A stretch of DNA of 63,893 bases, counting the filler, from Hyphochytrium catenoides (taxonomy: Eukaryota; Protista; Hyphochytriomycota): assembly GCA_900088475.1 (NCBI GenBank). It is 8 parts of 8 records of this genome, joined end to end, with 100 filler letters (N's around TTAATTAATTAA, not from the genome) between each part and the next. Parts side by side here need not be neighbours in the genome. Positions count along the whole stretch, not along the records: positions 1 to 7,968 come from FLMG01000975.1; positions 8,069 to 27,502 come from FLMG01002963.1; 6 more parts are not named here. The stretch is one strand, 5' to 3'. The position numbers and the translations under genes were made by a program. Under the pieces are notes generated by a model, which was not told where the DNA came from, did not search any database, and worked only from the letters and a program-made list of their open reading frames with translations. Every line of letters begins with the position of its first letter. Within the stretch, counting starts at the first letter, position 1. This document shows, one piece after another, positions 1 through 12,679 of this stretch.

Positions 1-18
1 TGGAGAAAGACGCGTGCT

Positions 19-247
19 TTGACTCTTTTCTCTCTCTCTCTCTCTCCCTCTCTCTTTCTCTCTCTCTCCCTCCCCCTCTCTCTCTCTCCCTCTCTCTCTT
101 TCTCTCTCTTTCTCTCTCTTTCTCTCTCTTTCTCACACTCTCTGTCTCTTTCTCACACTCTCCCTCTCTCTTTCTCTCACTCTCTGTCTCTTTCTCACAC
201 TCTCCCTCTCTCTTTCTCTCTCTCGTTCTCTCTCTTTCTCACCCACA

Positions 248-279
<32 letters not shown>

Positions 280-350
280 TTCTCTTACTCTCTCTCCCTT
301 TCTCTCCCTCGTTTCTTATTTTCCTCCTCTCAGCTGTGTTCTCTCTTTTT
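19..350. repeat. (CT)n-rich microsatellite/low-complexity tract
   Basis: Nearly pure TC dinucleotide runs; explains the S/L-rich spurious ORF 19..360. Confidence 0.95.
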
Positions 351-833
351 CTATCTCTGACGTTGGTCCTTTCTCCTCCTCTGCCCGAAGGTGTGCCGGT
401 AGATCGTACAAGGGGAAGACAAGTCGAGGCTGCTGAGAAAGGAGGAGGAACGCAGAGAGCTCCTGCTGATGAAAGAGATGGGTGTGAGAGAGACTGAGAG
501 GGGCAGAGACCAGGACCTTGAGGATGATCGGAGGAGAGGGAAATGGGAAAGAGGTTCTAGGAGCAGGATGTTGGACCTACAAGAGAGAAAGGGCCTTTCC
601 CCGTACATTATGTCTCTCTCTCTTTGTTTCTCTCTTTCCCTTCTCTGTCTCTAGAATCTACTGCCTTTCTTTCAGCGTTTCTTCCTGGAACCTTGCCCCT
701 TCTTCTCCTCAATCATCGTCCCAGCCTCCTTTCTTGAGATGTTCCGCCTGCCACCTTTGGCTTAGGGACAAAGAAAGCCAACGAGGCCCAGTTCCTCTAC
801 CGTTCCTCGGTCTTCCACCTCCTTTTTCAAAAG

Positions 834-865
<32 letters not shown>

Positions 866-1499
866 ATGGTTCTTTCTTCTTGGGATTATACAGGGATAGC
901 CGTTGGTTTTGGTTGTTCCCTAGGTTGTTGTTGCTGACTTGTCGTCACTCGTCCGCCCGCCTGCTTGTCGGTGTCCACACTCTGGACGCGTTTGGTTGGT
1001 TTGTTCGCTGGGTGCGAAGAGTTCGCAATCCTCCGCAGCAGCTGCAGATTGTAAAGCTTTATCTCCTCTTGTTCTTCCCCGCCCGCCGCCAGCAGCGTCG
1101 TGGCCAAGAGCAATTCAGAGGTGGTTCAGTCAGCAATAACAGGACGACAAGAGTGTTCTTGTTGTTTCTTCTTTCTACAACTCTTTCGTTCTTTCCTGTC
1201 TGCCTGTCCTCGCACTTGCTCGTCTCCATTCAGACACGGGGCGACGAGTGGCAATCGTCCTCTCCCTGAGGTCGAGTCTTCTGACAGGTTCTGGGCAAGA
1301 AGAAGGCCGAAGAGACAGTGAGTTGAGAGCAGCAGAAAGACGGGCATGATTGGCTGTCTCACGATATCTCTTGTTCTCCCCTAGAGATATCGGCCTCCAA
1401 TCTTCCTTCTGCTTGACATCGGCGGCTTGCGTGAGATTGCTGGTCTTCTGTTCCTTTTCTACATAATTCCTCCCATCACTATCCTCAAAAAACGGCGAA

Positions 1500-2620
1500 G
1501 GAAAACGACTGTCGTGGGTCCGCTGCTAGTTATTAGAGGGGCTGGACGATCAGCGTTTGGTTGCTTTACCTGCTGGCTGCAAGGTAAGCACCAGGAACTA
1601 GAAGAAGGGCGGACCACTATGAAGCCAGGCAGTGAGCGACTAATAACTAAATCCTTCTTCCTGTATGTGGGTCCTTTATTGGCATCCTTTCTTGTCGATG
1701 GCACGCTTCTTGCTTTGAAGGTCGTACACTTTTAGCTCACAGCTGTTAGGGGCTTTCACCTCTTGCCGCCATCCGCCCACGACGGCTGTTTAGGTTGGCA
1801 GATCATCGGCAGGGTACCAGCGGCAATCCAAATACTGAGTGGCGTCCGTACAAAAGGTAGGTGGAAGCAGAGCAAGTAAGACATCTCTCGGGTGAGATAG
1901 AGGATGATGGACCATAATGGAGAAGAAGAAAGGTTGCTGCTGGGCATAAGAAGCTGGAAAAGGAGAGATGGAAGACTGAGGGAAGATGGCTGCTTCTCTC
2001 TCTCTCGTTGCGCACTTGTTTCCTGTCTGCTTCTTGATTTTTCTTCTCTTTGTGCCCCATCTTCCTGATGATGTCGCCATCCTAGACGCCACGCTCTGGC
2101 CCTCACACTCCTGCTTGCACTTCCTCTTCCTTGCGAGAGACTCCTGGCATATTTTAGTTCTGTGGTCCTCTTGGGCTGGTGGTGCTTCTCTCCTCTTTCC
2201 CTCTCTCTGTCATTGCGTACCTTCCTCTCTCTCCTCTTTAGCTCCGTGGTGTGTGGAGCTCTCATTCTTTTAGTTCCTCTCTTTTCGCTCGTCCCTCTAT
2301 TTCCTCATTATATCTGATGGCTTCTCTCGTTGAAAGAGGTGGACTACCGCCCCATCGTGCAGATAGACTAGCTTCTTTCTTCAACAATCTAGATCCCAGC
2401 TCTCTTCGTCTCTTTCTGCTTTCTCAGTGAGGCGCTGGTGGGGCTGCTCGGTGGTCCTCTCATAGTCTGCATCATTTTACCAATGATATTTGGTTCGGTA
2501 GCCTTTCTTGTATGAGCTTTCTTCCTCGTCGTGTCTTTTCTCTTAACCCCGCTTGGGATGACAAGTGCTGAATGATAGGCTGCAGTTATAGGGGAAGGTC
2601 AGAGGAAAACTGGCAGGATT
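1500..2620 (-). mobile_element. Possible highly degenerate LTR-retrotransposon (Gypsy-like) integrase remnant
   Basis: Broken minus-strand frames give, in integrase-like order, ALVIPSGV, RTKYHW*N, YLLYGRHS, PTYRKKDLV and WLHSGPPFF. Many stops and frameshifts; resemblance judged by eye only. Confidence 0.2.
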
Positions 2621-3694
2621 AGACGGCAATGAGGAGAGAGAGAGAAGGGAAAAGAGAGAGACAGGGTGCTCATTGTCACAGGGAGTAGGTCGCTAATCAC
2701 TCTTCATTGCTTTCTCTTCTCTTGTCTTTTTCATTGCTTCGCTCCCTTCTTTTTTCCTTTCGTTTTATCTCCTCCATCGCGCGGTATGATGCTTGCGGCG
2801 ACTCTACTCGTTGCATCTCTACCTTCTTGAAAGCAGACTGTTCACGGCTTGCTTATCACTACTAGTTGCCTGCTAGAGCTTAGCTTGGATCAGGACTTCT
2901 GGCAGAAGACAGATGGACGGGAGACCACCAAGGCGGTAGAATACTCATCTGGAGAGCACGAATCTTCTCTCTTCTTCTTGTCCAAGGAGGAAGTTAAACT
3001 TGAGAAGGTCAAAAGGTTAGCAGCAGTCTCACAGCATCGCCGCTGGTGGTGGCAACAACCGTCAGCTCCTGTCACTTAGCGCCAGAATAAGAATTGTTTA
3101 CGTCCAGGTGTGAGTAGAAGACAGTCCTCCAGCTGCCATGGCAGCGCGTGTTTCTTCTCAATATCCTCTTCCCTCTTCTCTTCATGGGTAGAGTCTCGGC
3201 GGACGTGCCTTCCCTTTCCATCGTTTTATATAGCTCACATCTCTTCTGGGTCGGTTGCTCTATCTCTCTGTTATCCAGTGTCTCTTCCCGCCCTTTGCCC
3301 ATTTTTCCTGTTACTCTTCTTTTTTAAAACTTCCGATCTCTCGCTTCTCTCTCTCTTCCTTTCTCTCTCTCTCTCTCTCATTGCTGTCTCTGTCTTTCTC
3401 TCTCTCTCTCTATCTTGTCTCCCTCTGCTTCCGTGCTTCCTAGCAGGTTTCGTCCTCTCGTGTCCTCCTGCATTCTCTCACTTGGCTCCATTGGTTAAAG
3501 GACCCTTTCTGTCTCTCTTTTCCGCCCAGATAAGGGCGATAAAAGCAAGAATGGACTATGTTTCGGTCTAGAGGAAGAGAAGACATCGGCGCTCGTTACT
3601 GGCTCTGTACCTTTGCCACTGTCTCATCCACGTCTGCAGGCACTTTCTGCCTTCGTCCCTAGTCTCGCGCGGAAAGAGTTTGAAGCAGTCCTGG

Positions 3695-5104
3695 ATGAGA
3701 AAACTGGGCCCCTCTAGCCAGCAAAGCGCCTCTGGGCGGCAGCCTGCCTCTGGCCGAGCGGCCGAAAAGGCTCAGCAAGAAGATATGTCAGCCGCAAGCT
3801 ACCTCTCCACAGCGTCTGTCCTGGGGCATGATCGCCTCCACGTGATGGCTCAAGGGCAACCTGGAGTTTTTAACTCTGGCCGCCTGGGTTTCTATCCGAA
3901 CTCACAGCCTGGGCTCATGAGCAAGGATGCCGCAGGATCCGGGGCGTCTCCATATGGTCTGGAGTCATCCACTAGTCTTTATCCGCCTCATCTGCAGCCG
4001 TCGATGTTCCTCTCCCGACCAGTGGCGCCTCCTGACAGCTTCTACCAAGATCCGTCCTCACTTTTCCGCCACCAGTCCCAACTCTCCCAGCAGACTTTCC
4101 GTCCCTTGCCTGGAGCGGTAGGACCAACTTACGGCCTTGACAGCAATACTAGACCGCTTTCGCATTCCTCAGATACCAGAACTGGTGCATCAGGTGACCG
4201 CAGCAGGGCGATGGCAGAAGATAAGGACGAAGTGCCCGACGGTGGGCGTCAAGGACAAGATCCTTTCCTATTCTCTTCCCGGCCAGGGATGGGTAACTAC
4301 GCATTGCCCGGCCCTAGCCCAAGCCTCAACCCTTGGCTCAATCAACCAGCTAATCTTAGGCAAGGGTTCAGTGACGCTGCGGCTGCCTTGAATGCCTCTA
4401 TTTTGCCCTACCAACAGCCACCGTATCGCCCACCCTCAGCGTCAGCCGGATACGCTGCCAACAACCCCGCATATTATCCAACGACTAGGGCAATGGAGGA
4501 GAGAGAGCCCCTTGACCCATACTATCAGCAACAGCCACGCAGCCAAAAGTCCAGCGCCTCTAGTCGATCTGCTGCACAGCAGGGCAAATCCTCGACCGCG
4601 GCTCCGCCTGCCAAACAGAAGCAAAATGGGACGGCCCAGCAAGGACGAGCAGGGCGAGCGGCTGGGACCAGCAATAGTGCCACAAGAGCAGCCAAGGCGT
4701 CTAGCAGCCGGCTCGGAGTAGATACTGAGGGTGCTGCGAGGCCAGCAGGAGGACCTGCAACGGCACGGAAGGTATGCAAAGTGCAAGGTTGCGCCCGTTG
4801 GGTGGTGAAAGGCGGCGTCTGCGTTAGTCACGGGGCGCAGAAAGTGAGAAAGAAGTGCGGTGTCGACGGGTGCCAGAAGCAACGGGTGCGCAAGGGCATG
4901 TGCAAAGCGCACTATGCTCTCAAAGGAGAGAAGAAGAGCAATCCTCCGCCCTCGAAGGAGGCGCCCCGACGCAAAGGCTCCACTAAGTCAAAGTCCAACC
5001 AAACAGAAGTTGGGGAGCAGTTTCAGTCCGTTCCTGAAGCAGAAGAAGAAGAAGCAGTGCCAGAGGAAGCCCTTGAAAGCTCCTTAGAAGAAGCCACATG
5101 TTAG
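3695..5104 (+). CDS. Zinc-finger protein with two WRKY19-like C-x4-C...C-x2-H repeats and a long low-complexity N-terminus (putative transcription factor)
   Basis: ORF 3680..5104, first ATG at 3695. Repeats CKVQGCARWVVKGGVCVSHG and CGVDGCQKQRVRKGMCKAH, followed by a basic then acidic tail. Confidence 0.8.
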   Translation: MRKLGPSSQQSASGRQPASGRAAEKAQQEDMSAASYLSTASVLGHDRLHVMAQGQPGVFNSGRLGFYPNSQPGLMSKDAAGSGASPYGLESSTSLYPPHLQPSMFLSRPVAPPDSFYQDPSSLFRHQSQLSQQTFRPLPGAVGPTYGLDSNTRPLSHSSDTRTGASGDRSRAMAEDKDEVPDGGRQGQDPFLFSSRPGMGNYALPGPSPSLNPWLNQPANLRQGFSDAAAALNASILPYQQPPYRPPSASAGYAANNPAYYPTTRAMEEREPLDPYYQQQPRSQKSSASSRSAAQQGKSSTAAPPAKQKQNGTAQQGRAGRAAGTSNSATRAAKASSSRLGVDTEGAARPAGGPATARKVCKVQGCARWVVKGGVCVSHGAQKVRKKCGVDGCQKQRVRKGMCKAHYALKGEKKSNPPPSKEAPRRKGSTKSKSNQTEVGEQFQSVPEAEEEEAVPEEALESSLEEATC

Positions 5105-6254
5105 GACTGAGCTTGCCTGACAGAGAATCTGAGAGAAGCTTGCGAAGTGCAATGTAACCTTCATCAACGTCCGCTACATAGAGAGTTATAGCGTGAATAT
5201 GTCCGCTTTAGACCGTAAACTAAGTCTTTAAAAAAGGCCGTCGATGGATTCGTTTATAGTCATTTCGCCGTGAATGGCCTTACTCAGCAATGGTGCTAGT
5301 GACTCTCCATCGCTCCTAGAGATTGTTCTCAGAAACAAGCCACATTACTGTCGATGCTCAGCATCAGTCGCCTTCGATAAAGACCATTGAAAGCAGGAGG
5401 TTAATCAACTAGGAGCTGACGTGCACATGTCCTTCCGGACGTCGAGAGATGCCTGTGACTGCTGTTATAGTTAGTTTGCATTGACAACTGTGCGCCGATA
5501 CCCGTGAGGAACAGCGTTACCGATAGTCCGTGATGTTCAACGTAAAAGGCAGCCCATATAGAGAGCGCCACCATTGACTACTATATCCTGACGGCTGGCC
5601 ATGGACAATCAGGGCTAACATCCTTAATGGGATGTGATGAGCCTTCCCTCCCTCATTCCTAGGAGCCAGATACGTAGTCCGGCCAAGTGCCTGACCTGCA
5701 ATCGGTACCATCTTCGTGTTAGCTCCACCTGGATCTAGCGCTAGGAGCCTAACATGTCAGGGTGGTACCAACTTGAAGAGTGACTGAGACTCCCTCATGT
5801 GCGGTAGAATGCTACCTGGCATCGCGTATGTAGATGCCCCTCGCCATACTTCCATGAGAGATGTCGCACCTTCAATGGAGATAATAGAGGACTATAAAGA
5901 TTAAGGAGAAGCAATGAAGTAACTCTGTGAAACATCCATGTGAGATATCCTTTCATTATCAACTTCAGTATACATCTGGCTTTGTTCTGCCTCATTGGCG
6001 TGGCACAGGTCGTAGCAGCCCGCCAGCTGGCTGATCCTAGTCTACAGCTTGCAACAGAACACGGTTGGCTTCGTCTGACCTTTCAGAAACATTGGGGAAA
6101 GGCGACAGACAAAAGAAAGCAGAAAGAGGACTCAACGGTTGAGTTTTGCCGGTCCAAGAAGAATCAAGCCCTTGGCTGTGCAAGCAATTTCTCTTTCTCC
6201 ATGGGCTCCAACATCCTTACGCAGTCGGCTTGGCTTCCCTGTACACAAAGCCCG

Positions 6255-7545
6255 TTACTTACGGGGCTCATCCTCCACCCGTGACTGATCCACTTGGCCC
6301 TTGTGAGCAAAAGTCTTTCCCAAAAACATTTCCTGGTCAAACTCGCCTGCGGCAACAAACAGAAAGAGTTAAACGTTCGTCTGGAATCTTTCTGCGCCCT
6401 TCTCCTGTCCGTCTCTCTGCCCGATTCTATGCTGCTCGTGGTATCCACACATAGAGCGCGCCCCGCGTTTTCCCAGGGGGAGGAAGAATAGCTCCCTTTC
6501 TCTGCGTCAAAGTTGCGGTGGAGTGGCAAGACTTCCTTCTTCTTACCAAGGAACTTAGCTCGGTCAACCTTTCTAGCATTCTCTATGAGCTTCGCTCTGT
6601 CCTTGCGCGCCGCCGCCTGACCCTTTAGTGCCTCGTCACCGCCGCAACCCCAGACTTCGAGTCCATCGAGCTCAAAGTCCGACTTCTCCGTCAGATGGCC
6701 TGTCTCAAACGTCAAGCAGCTCGATCGGGAGGAGCAATTCTCAAAATCTTCATCCAGAAAGAGGCGGAAGGCTGTGGAGAGAGTCAGTACAAGGTCTGCA
6801 TCAGTGAGTGGAGAAAAGCCTTGACCTTCACGTCTTACCTCCTACAGAGCCGCCCATGCCTATCCCATGCGGCAAAGAGAACCCTTTGCTGTTGAGGTAC
6901 ATATAGTTCTACACCATAGTGGACGGTTAGAGCTACTATCAGCTACTTCGGACTCCTCTCTCCTCTTTCTCCTGACTCTTTCGGAGTGCTTACGTTGCTG
7001 CCTGTGGGCTTTGGCGGGCAAATATTGACTGTGGGGTGGAGTCGAAAGAGAAAGCTGTCCATGGAGCCGTAGAACCCGTTACTTTCCTTCCATCCCGTCT
7101 TCGTATAGCAGCCAAACACCTCTATTGAAAAGCAGAGAGAGAGAGATTGAGGACGGAGAGTGAGGAAGAGAGAATGAGACAGAGAGCAGAGGGAGAACGA
7201 CATAGCAAATGTGAGACAACCATCTCAGCGTCTCCGCCGATGCGACAACATCACCGAAGGGCAGTACCTCCTGCTCTGTTTCTAATGAGTAGGATCGTGG
7301 CTCCGCTGTACCCCAGCACATGGTGACAGAGTCGATTGAATGATAGTCCATCCTGATCAAAAGCACAGCTTTAGAAAAATGGATATATGCCGTCGAGCAA
7401 AGGAGAAACAGAACTTAATCCACTGAAGAGAAAGAGAGAAAGAGAGAGAGAGAAAGAGGGAGGGGAGAGAGAGGAGAGACAGCAAGAGAAGCACAGGAAG
7501 ATCCTGTTGTACATACTCTGGTGCTCTTATAGAGCGCTGTCCATT
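6255..7545 (-). CDS. TLDc domain protein, multi-exon, 5' part not resolved
   Basis: Spliced exons read WTALYKSTR|DGLSFNRLCHHVLGYSGATILLIRNRAG|EVFGCYTKTGWKESNGFYGSMDSFLFRL...|NYMYLNSKGFSLPHGIGMGG...|FRLFLDEDFE...FELDGLEVWGCGG...|EFDQEMFLGKTFAH...*. Canonical GT-AG junctions; stop at 6255-6257. Confidence 0.9.
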
Positions 7546-7611
7546 NNNNNNNNNNNNNNNNNNNNNNNNNNNNNNNNNNNNNNNNNNNNNNNNNNNNNNN
7601 NNNNNNNNNNN

Positions 7612-7656
<45 letters not shown>

Positions 7657-7968
7657 ACAGCCCATCTGACATGATGCCAGGGAACTGATATATTAGCCTC
7701 AGATCGACCTCACGTCTTTTAAGAGAGATAGAGACAACAACAGAGTGCAGCACAGCAAGAGAGTAAGTGGGATTTTCTTTGAGATACGGACGGGGACAGA
7801 TAAAAAGCCCAGAGATGATACGATGATGGAGAAAGAACGGTCTCGCGACAGAATGTACAAGTCGCCTACCTGTCCAGAATGTCACTCTTGACACTAAGAG
7901 AGGGAAGCTCAAAGAGAGACAGTCGACGACTAGCGTCCCTCAGACACCGCAGCCGCACATAACGGTCT

Positions 7969-8068
7969 NNNNNNNNNNNNNNNNNNNNNNNNNNNNNNNN
8001 NNNNNNNNNNNNTTAATTAATTAANNNNNNNNNNNNNNNNNNNNNNNNNNNNNNNNNNNNNNNNNNNN
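7969..8068. other. Artificial contig linker (44N-TTAATTAATTAA-44N)
   Basis: Six-frame stop cassette flanked by exactly 44 N on each side. Confidence 0.98.
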
Positions 8069-8406
8069 TAATAATGGTACACTTTACGTACAGTACCAGC
8101 GCACAAGTGTTCATCTTGCTACGACTACTCTTTTCCTGATTGCCTAACAAACTAAGGAGCGCACATTGCGCTCCATGTAATCCTTTGTGGTTCCCATTTT
8201 TCGACAGTCACCTTCTGCACCCAGCATATACAGCATTGCCCTAGAGAACACTCGTAGTCTACACCTCGCCATCAGTCCAGAAAAAAAAATAAAAAAAAGA
8301 GATGTCAGAGTCTTCATCGTACAGGTCATGTCCCCAGAAAGCTGCGCTGCTGTAGTGCACGTCGTCGCCTCCTCATTCCAAGAGAGGTCAAAGCGTTCAA
8401 AAGCCT

Positions 8407-11400
8407 TCACTCTCCTGATGGGCTTTCAAACGATGCCTTTGTCTCACTATAGGGGCTTAGAGACAGGGGAGAGGACTGTCTGGAGCTCTCTGACGTAGGT
8501 TGGCTACTCTCCTTATCGCCGACTTCCAAGTCGACATTTGGGAAGCGCTTAAGAATTCGCGTTGATATACGCCGGCCCCCTGATGTGTTTTTCATGGTGG
8601 GAAGGTGCTTCTTGATGGCGTTTACCAGAACCATTCCCTGCTCGTAGGAGGCGACTGAGAGAGCTCTTTGTACAACGTAGTTAGCGTACTGATCTTGCAG
8701 GAGATGTTTAATGTTCTCCTTGGCAGAAATTTCTTGCAGGTACAGTGCCTTTACGGGCTCTGACGCCTGTCAAGAGAGGCGAAATGGAGATGTCAGGTTG
8801 CGGATAAGTGAAAGCTTCAAGAAAGAGGTTGGCAGTGTCGTGAAGAAACTGTCTAATGCTTGATACAAACTTAAAATAGACTCACCTTCTCTAAGCACTT
8901 CTCAATAACATTTGAGCTAAACTTTTGCACAGAGAGGTGTGCAATATGCCCAATAGGCTTAAGAATCACTCCGGCTGCCTCCTGGGGAGTACAGGTGTCC
9001 AGCACGTACTGTACAACATAGTTACCGAATGGGTCTTGCATGAGCTGCATGGCGTGCTCCTCAACCTTACTGATGATCTACGAGACGAAGGCAATCAGAC
9101 AGAAAGCATTTGAAAAAGTATGGCCAATAGGTGTGGAGATAGAGGGACGGAGAAGATACAAGGGAGAAAAAGCAGACTGTAGACACAAGCTAAGCCTGTC
9201 AATGTTTGTCAGTAAGAGAGCCTTCATACAGCAATAGATCGCTCACGTGGAACGACGAAGTTGAGCAGACAAGCGGTAGTACCAAAATATTGAGAAGGAG
9301 TAGTCATCGTTACCAGCCACTGGATACCCTTCTATCTGGCTTATGGGCCTGTTACTCTTTACTTACCAGTGCCTTTTGTCTCGGGTCAGCCGCATCTAAG
9401 CACCGTTGCAAAACGCAGCAGCCATGCCTATGAGTCCCTACAACCACGCAGCTCTCTGCCACAGCCTCAAAGACAAAGTTGTTATCCTTGGGCTTTAGGG
9501 TATTCAACACCCTCTGGATGACGTGGTTCCCATTTGAATCTATGCAGAGGCGCACAGCTTGCTGTCGTAACGCCTTAATGATGTGCTGCACCTGCTCCGG
9601 CTGTGAACACACTTCTACCACCTTCTGAACAGAGCGGGTGCCATGCAGATTTAGCGCAGCAGCCACAAGGTTGCCCCCAACTCTCTCAATGATCTCCGTC
9701 CTCTGGCGGTCTGAGATCTTCTCTATTAGCTTCTGGAAGAGATAATTGCCTGTGTTTAAAAATCACCAAAGTTGTAAGTCCGAGTCTAAGGTTCTATCGT
9801 TCGCAGACCTTGCCTCGAACACCGTTTCTCCCTTGGACTTCTCTTGCTCCCGTCGTGACTCTCATGTCATCTCAGGCCCAGCTCTACGCCACCACGATGT
9901 AGCCTTACCGAAGGGATCAACCATCATCTCGGTCAAATGGTCCACTGATTCTTCAAAAATTAAGTCCCGGAAGTCTGTCTTTCCTTGCTCCAAAAGCTCT
10001 TGAAGTAAACGACAGCCATTCTGGTCTTTGGACTGGGAGCACGTTTGGTCAGAACAGCAAAGGCAGACATATGCAGAAAAGCTAACTATTCTGGCCCAAT
10101 CACATGATGCCAGGGGAGCTGCCTTCACAGACAGACAGATGGGGAAACAAAAATATGCTCTGATAACAGACTACGACACGACCGCAAGATGAATGCGTAA
10201 CCAAGTAGAAAGCACCACGCAAAGTAAGACTCACCATCTGAAAGATCCTGCTCTTTATATCGGTGAGTGATACGTCTGCAGAGAAGTGCTCATGCGTCAT
10301 AAGTGACTCTCTTTCCGATCTTCGCCTCCGGAGAGGACCCTTTTCACCTCTGGTATCATCTGCACCGTCTCCACCCTGATTGCGTGAGCAGCACGGCCAT
10401 GATACCGGTTAGGAAGACAGTCATGCCAAAGAAATGGTAGAGGGTTACAGCGATTGAGGTTAGAATGAGTAAAAGCAGCTGCAAGAGGTAGATGAAGGCC
10501 CTGCTGAATATAGCAAACTAAATATAACGCCACTGAGAGAGCTCAACGTCAAAATAGTTAGACAACGTGTGAGACAGAGAATAGAGTAGACATACCTTCT
10601 GCCTTTGACCTCCGTAGTACTTTATTCCTCCTTTCAGAGTGCCCTGCTTGGGGCTTTGTGCAGGACCTTCATAACCCGCCCCTCCAGACATCATAGGTGG
10701 AGAAGGTGAAGGGTAGCCAGCATAGGGCTGAAGAGGGTGGAGCTGCGCCTGAGGAGGAACCAGTGGTACTGCCCAGTGCATCACTCCCGGAAGCATCATC
10801 TGAGGGTGCACCAGGTGCGGATAAGCACCAGGCATCATGGGCTGCAACTGCCCAGCCATTAAACCCGCTGCCCGCAGACAAAATAGGGGAGAGATTGCCA
10901 AAAGGGTGTTAAGACATTTGATAGAACAAGGGGCAAGATTCTACAAGTGAAGAAAAGCCAAGGAAGGGAAAGGAATGCAAATAGCCTTCCGATCAATATC
11001 TTTTAATGGACATCGGAAGTATTGAGGGGAGAGTGGCATAGGCAATGCAATGTGCAACAGCCATAGTGACGCAGCAGACAGAGGATGAGAAAAGCAAAGC
11101 CTCTTCGTGACTGGTAACTATTGTATTACCTGGGTAAAGAGCGACGTTGCCGTCCCCGAAGCCTGGGATATAATACGGAAGTGCGGCAGTAGGGACAATG
11201 CCTGGCACGCCTCCTTCTTGTGCGGTCTGTGACTCTGCAGTCTGGCTAGTGCGGTACATGGGATGTACCTGCTCAGCCGAAAGCTGGACCGATGGAGACA
11301 GAAAGGACCAAGGGTAGGAGACAGAGTGATAGACATAGGCAATACGAGCGAGACCAAAAGTGAGGAGGTAGGAAGCGAGACGGATACAGAACCTCAGTCA

Positions 11401-12679
11401 ATCAACAAGTGCGAAGCCACATGAAGATCGTGCATCGACCAACCTCATTTGGAGCGGTGCGTTGGGGTAAAGAGTTCATCTTTCCCTGCAGCTGCTGGGT
11501 GTGAGAAGGCTGCTGACCGTGAGGCGTCATTCCAAGCTCCTTTGCTGTCACTGGCCTTGCAGGGTGAGACTGCGACTGACGGAGGTTAGTTGGAGCTTGA
11601 GAGGAACGAGGGCCAGAGGGAGGAGGAGGTTGTCCCCATCCTGGTCCTCCTCTCCCGCTCACTGGTTCTGTCCCAACTCCCATTGGCCCTCCATTCTGTG
11701 TATATCCATGTATGGATCTGTAGTTCCTCTGTGGCTTAGCCTGTGTCCTCTGATGGGCAGGATGTTGGACAGGGGAGGGCGACGGAGAGGGAGAGAGTTC
11801 GTCCTCGAAATTCATCTTCATGAATGGTTCTCCTAGAGTGTGAGAGGGAGACTGTGCTAAGAACATCTCAATGGAATGCTTCCTCTGTCTGGGCTGCATG
11901 GGCAACCCTGTCTGACTTCCAATACTGAATCTTCCTCCTCTGCCAGCTCCCTCCTCATCTTGGGAAGGGCGAGGACTCTCTTCGAAAAACTGTCCAATCG
12001 CAGGGAGGCAGGAGCAAACAAAGAAAAATGGGATGCGCAAGTTTAGCTACATACGGAAGCAATGGTAACAAAAAAATAAGCGCGAAGGACCAAAGCCTGA
12101 CCCACCGTCACGTCCGAAGGCGCATAGTCTGGTTCCTCTGCCTTCTCTTCGACATAGTTGTAGCTTGAATAACTCTCTTCTTGGTATTGATCATGGAACC
12201 TGGTGAAATTTTGGGACAGGGCGTGTAAGAATCACTCGAGGTTTAAGACGTAGCGTACCACGCCTAGATAACCAAGGAAAGAGATGGGAACAACGATATC
12301 GACTACGAAAGCATCAATCTGGTCGCCAGATCTCCTTAGCATCCGCAACCCCCTGCCCTCCCCTCGATCTTCTGAACTGATCTCATGAAGCATGTTCACG
12401 TGCTTTACTTCTATGAAGCCCCTAGAGGACTCTGTACCTATTCTAGACTTACAAGAGTTCCGGAGAGTAGAACTTGGGTTGCGCGGTGAAAGCAAAGAGA
12501 CTCTTTGAAGTCAGGTCCAGCGTCGGAGGAGCGGAGCCGGGTCGCTCTGGGCCTTCCTCGTCACTTTCTCCTGGAGTCTTCTCTCCCGCCGACCCTCCGC
12601 TTGACTTCGTAGCAAAGTCGTGAGAAGGCGGCCCAGCCACACCGCTGGCGTACTGGTGACGGTCCTGCTCCATAACCAT
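8407..12679 (-). CDS. Pumilio/PUF RNA-binding protein (Puf4/Puf5/APUM7-like), multi-exon
   Basis: Eight PUF repeats: KDQNGCRLLQ, DPFGNYLFQ, NLHGTRSVQ, DSNGNHVIQ, HRHGCCVLQ, DPFGNYVVQ, QKFSSNVIE, DQYANYVVQ. N-terminal RPGSAPPT motif; P/Q-rich middle region. Start ATG at 12679 or 12673. Confidence 0.93.
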
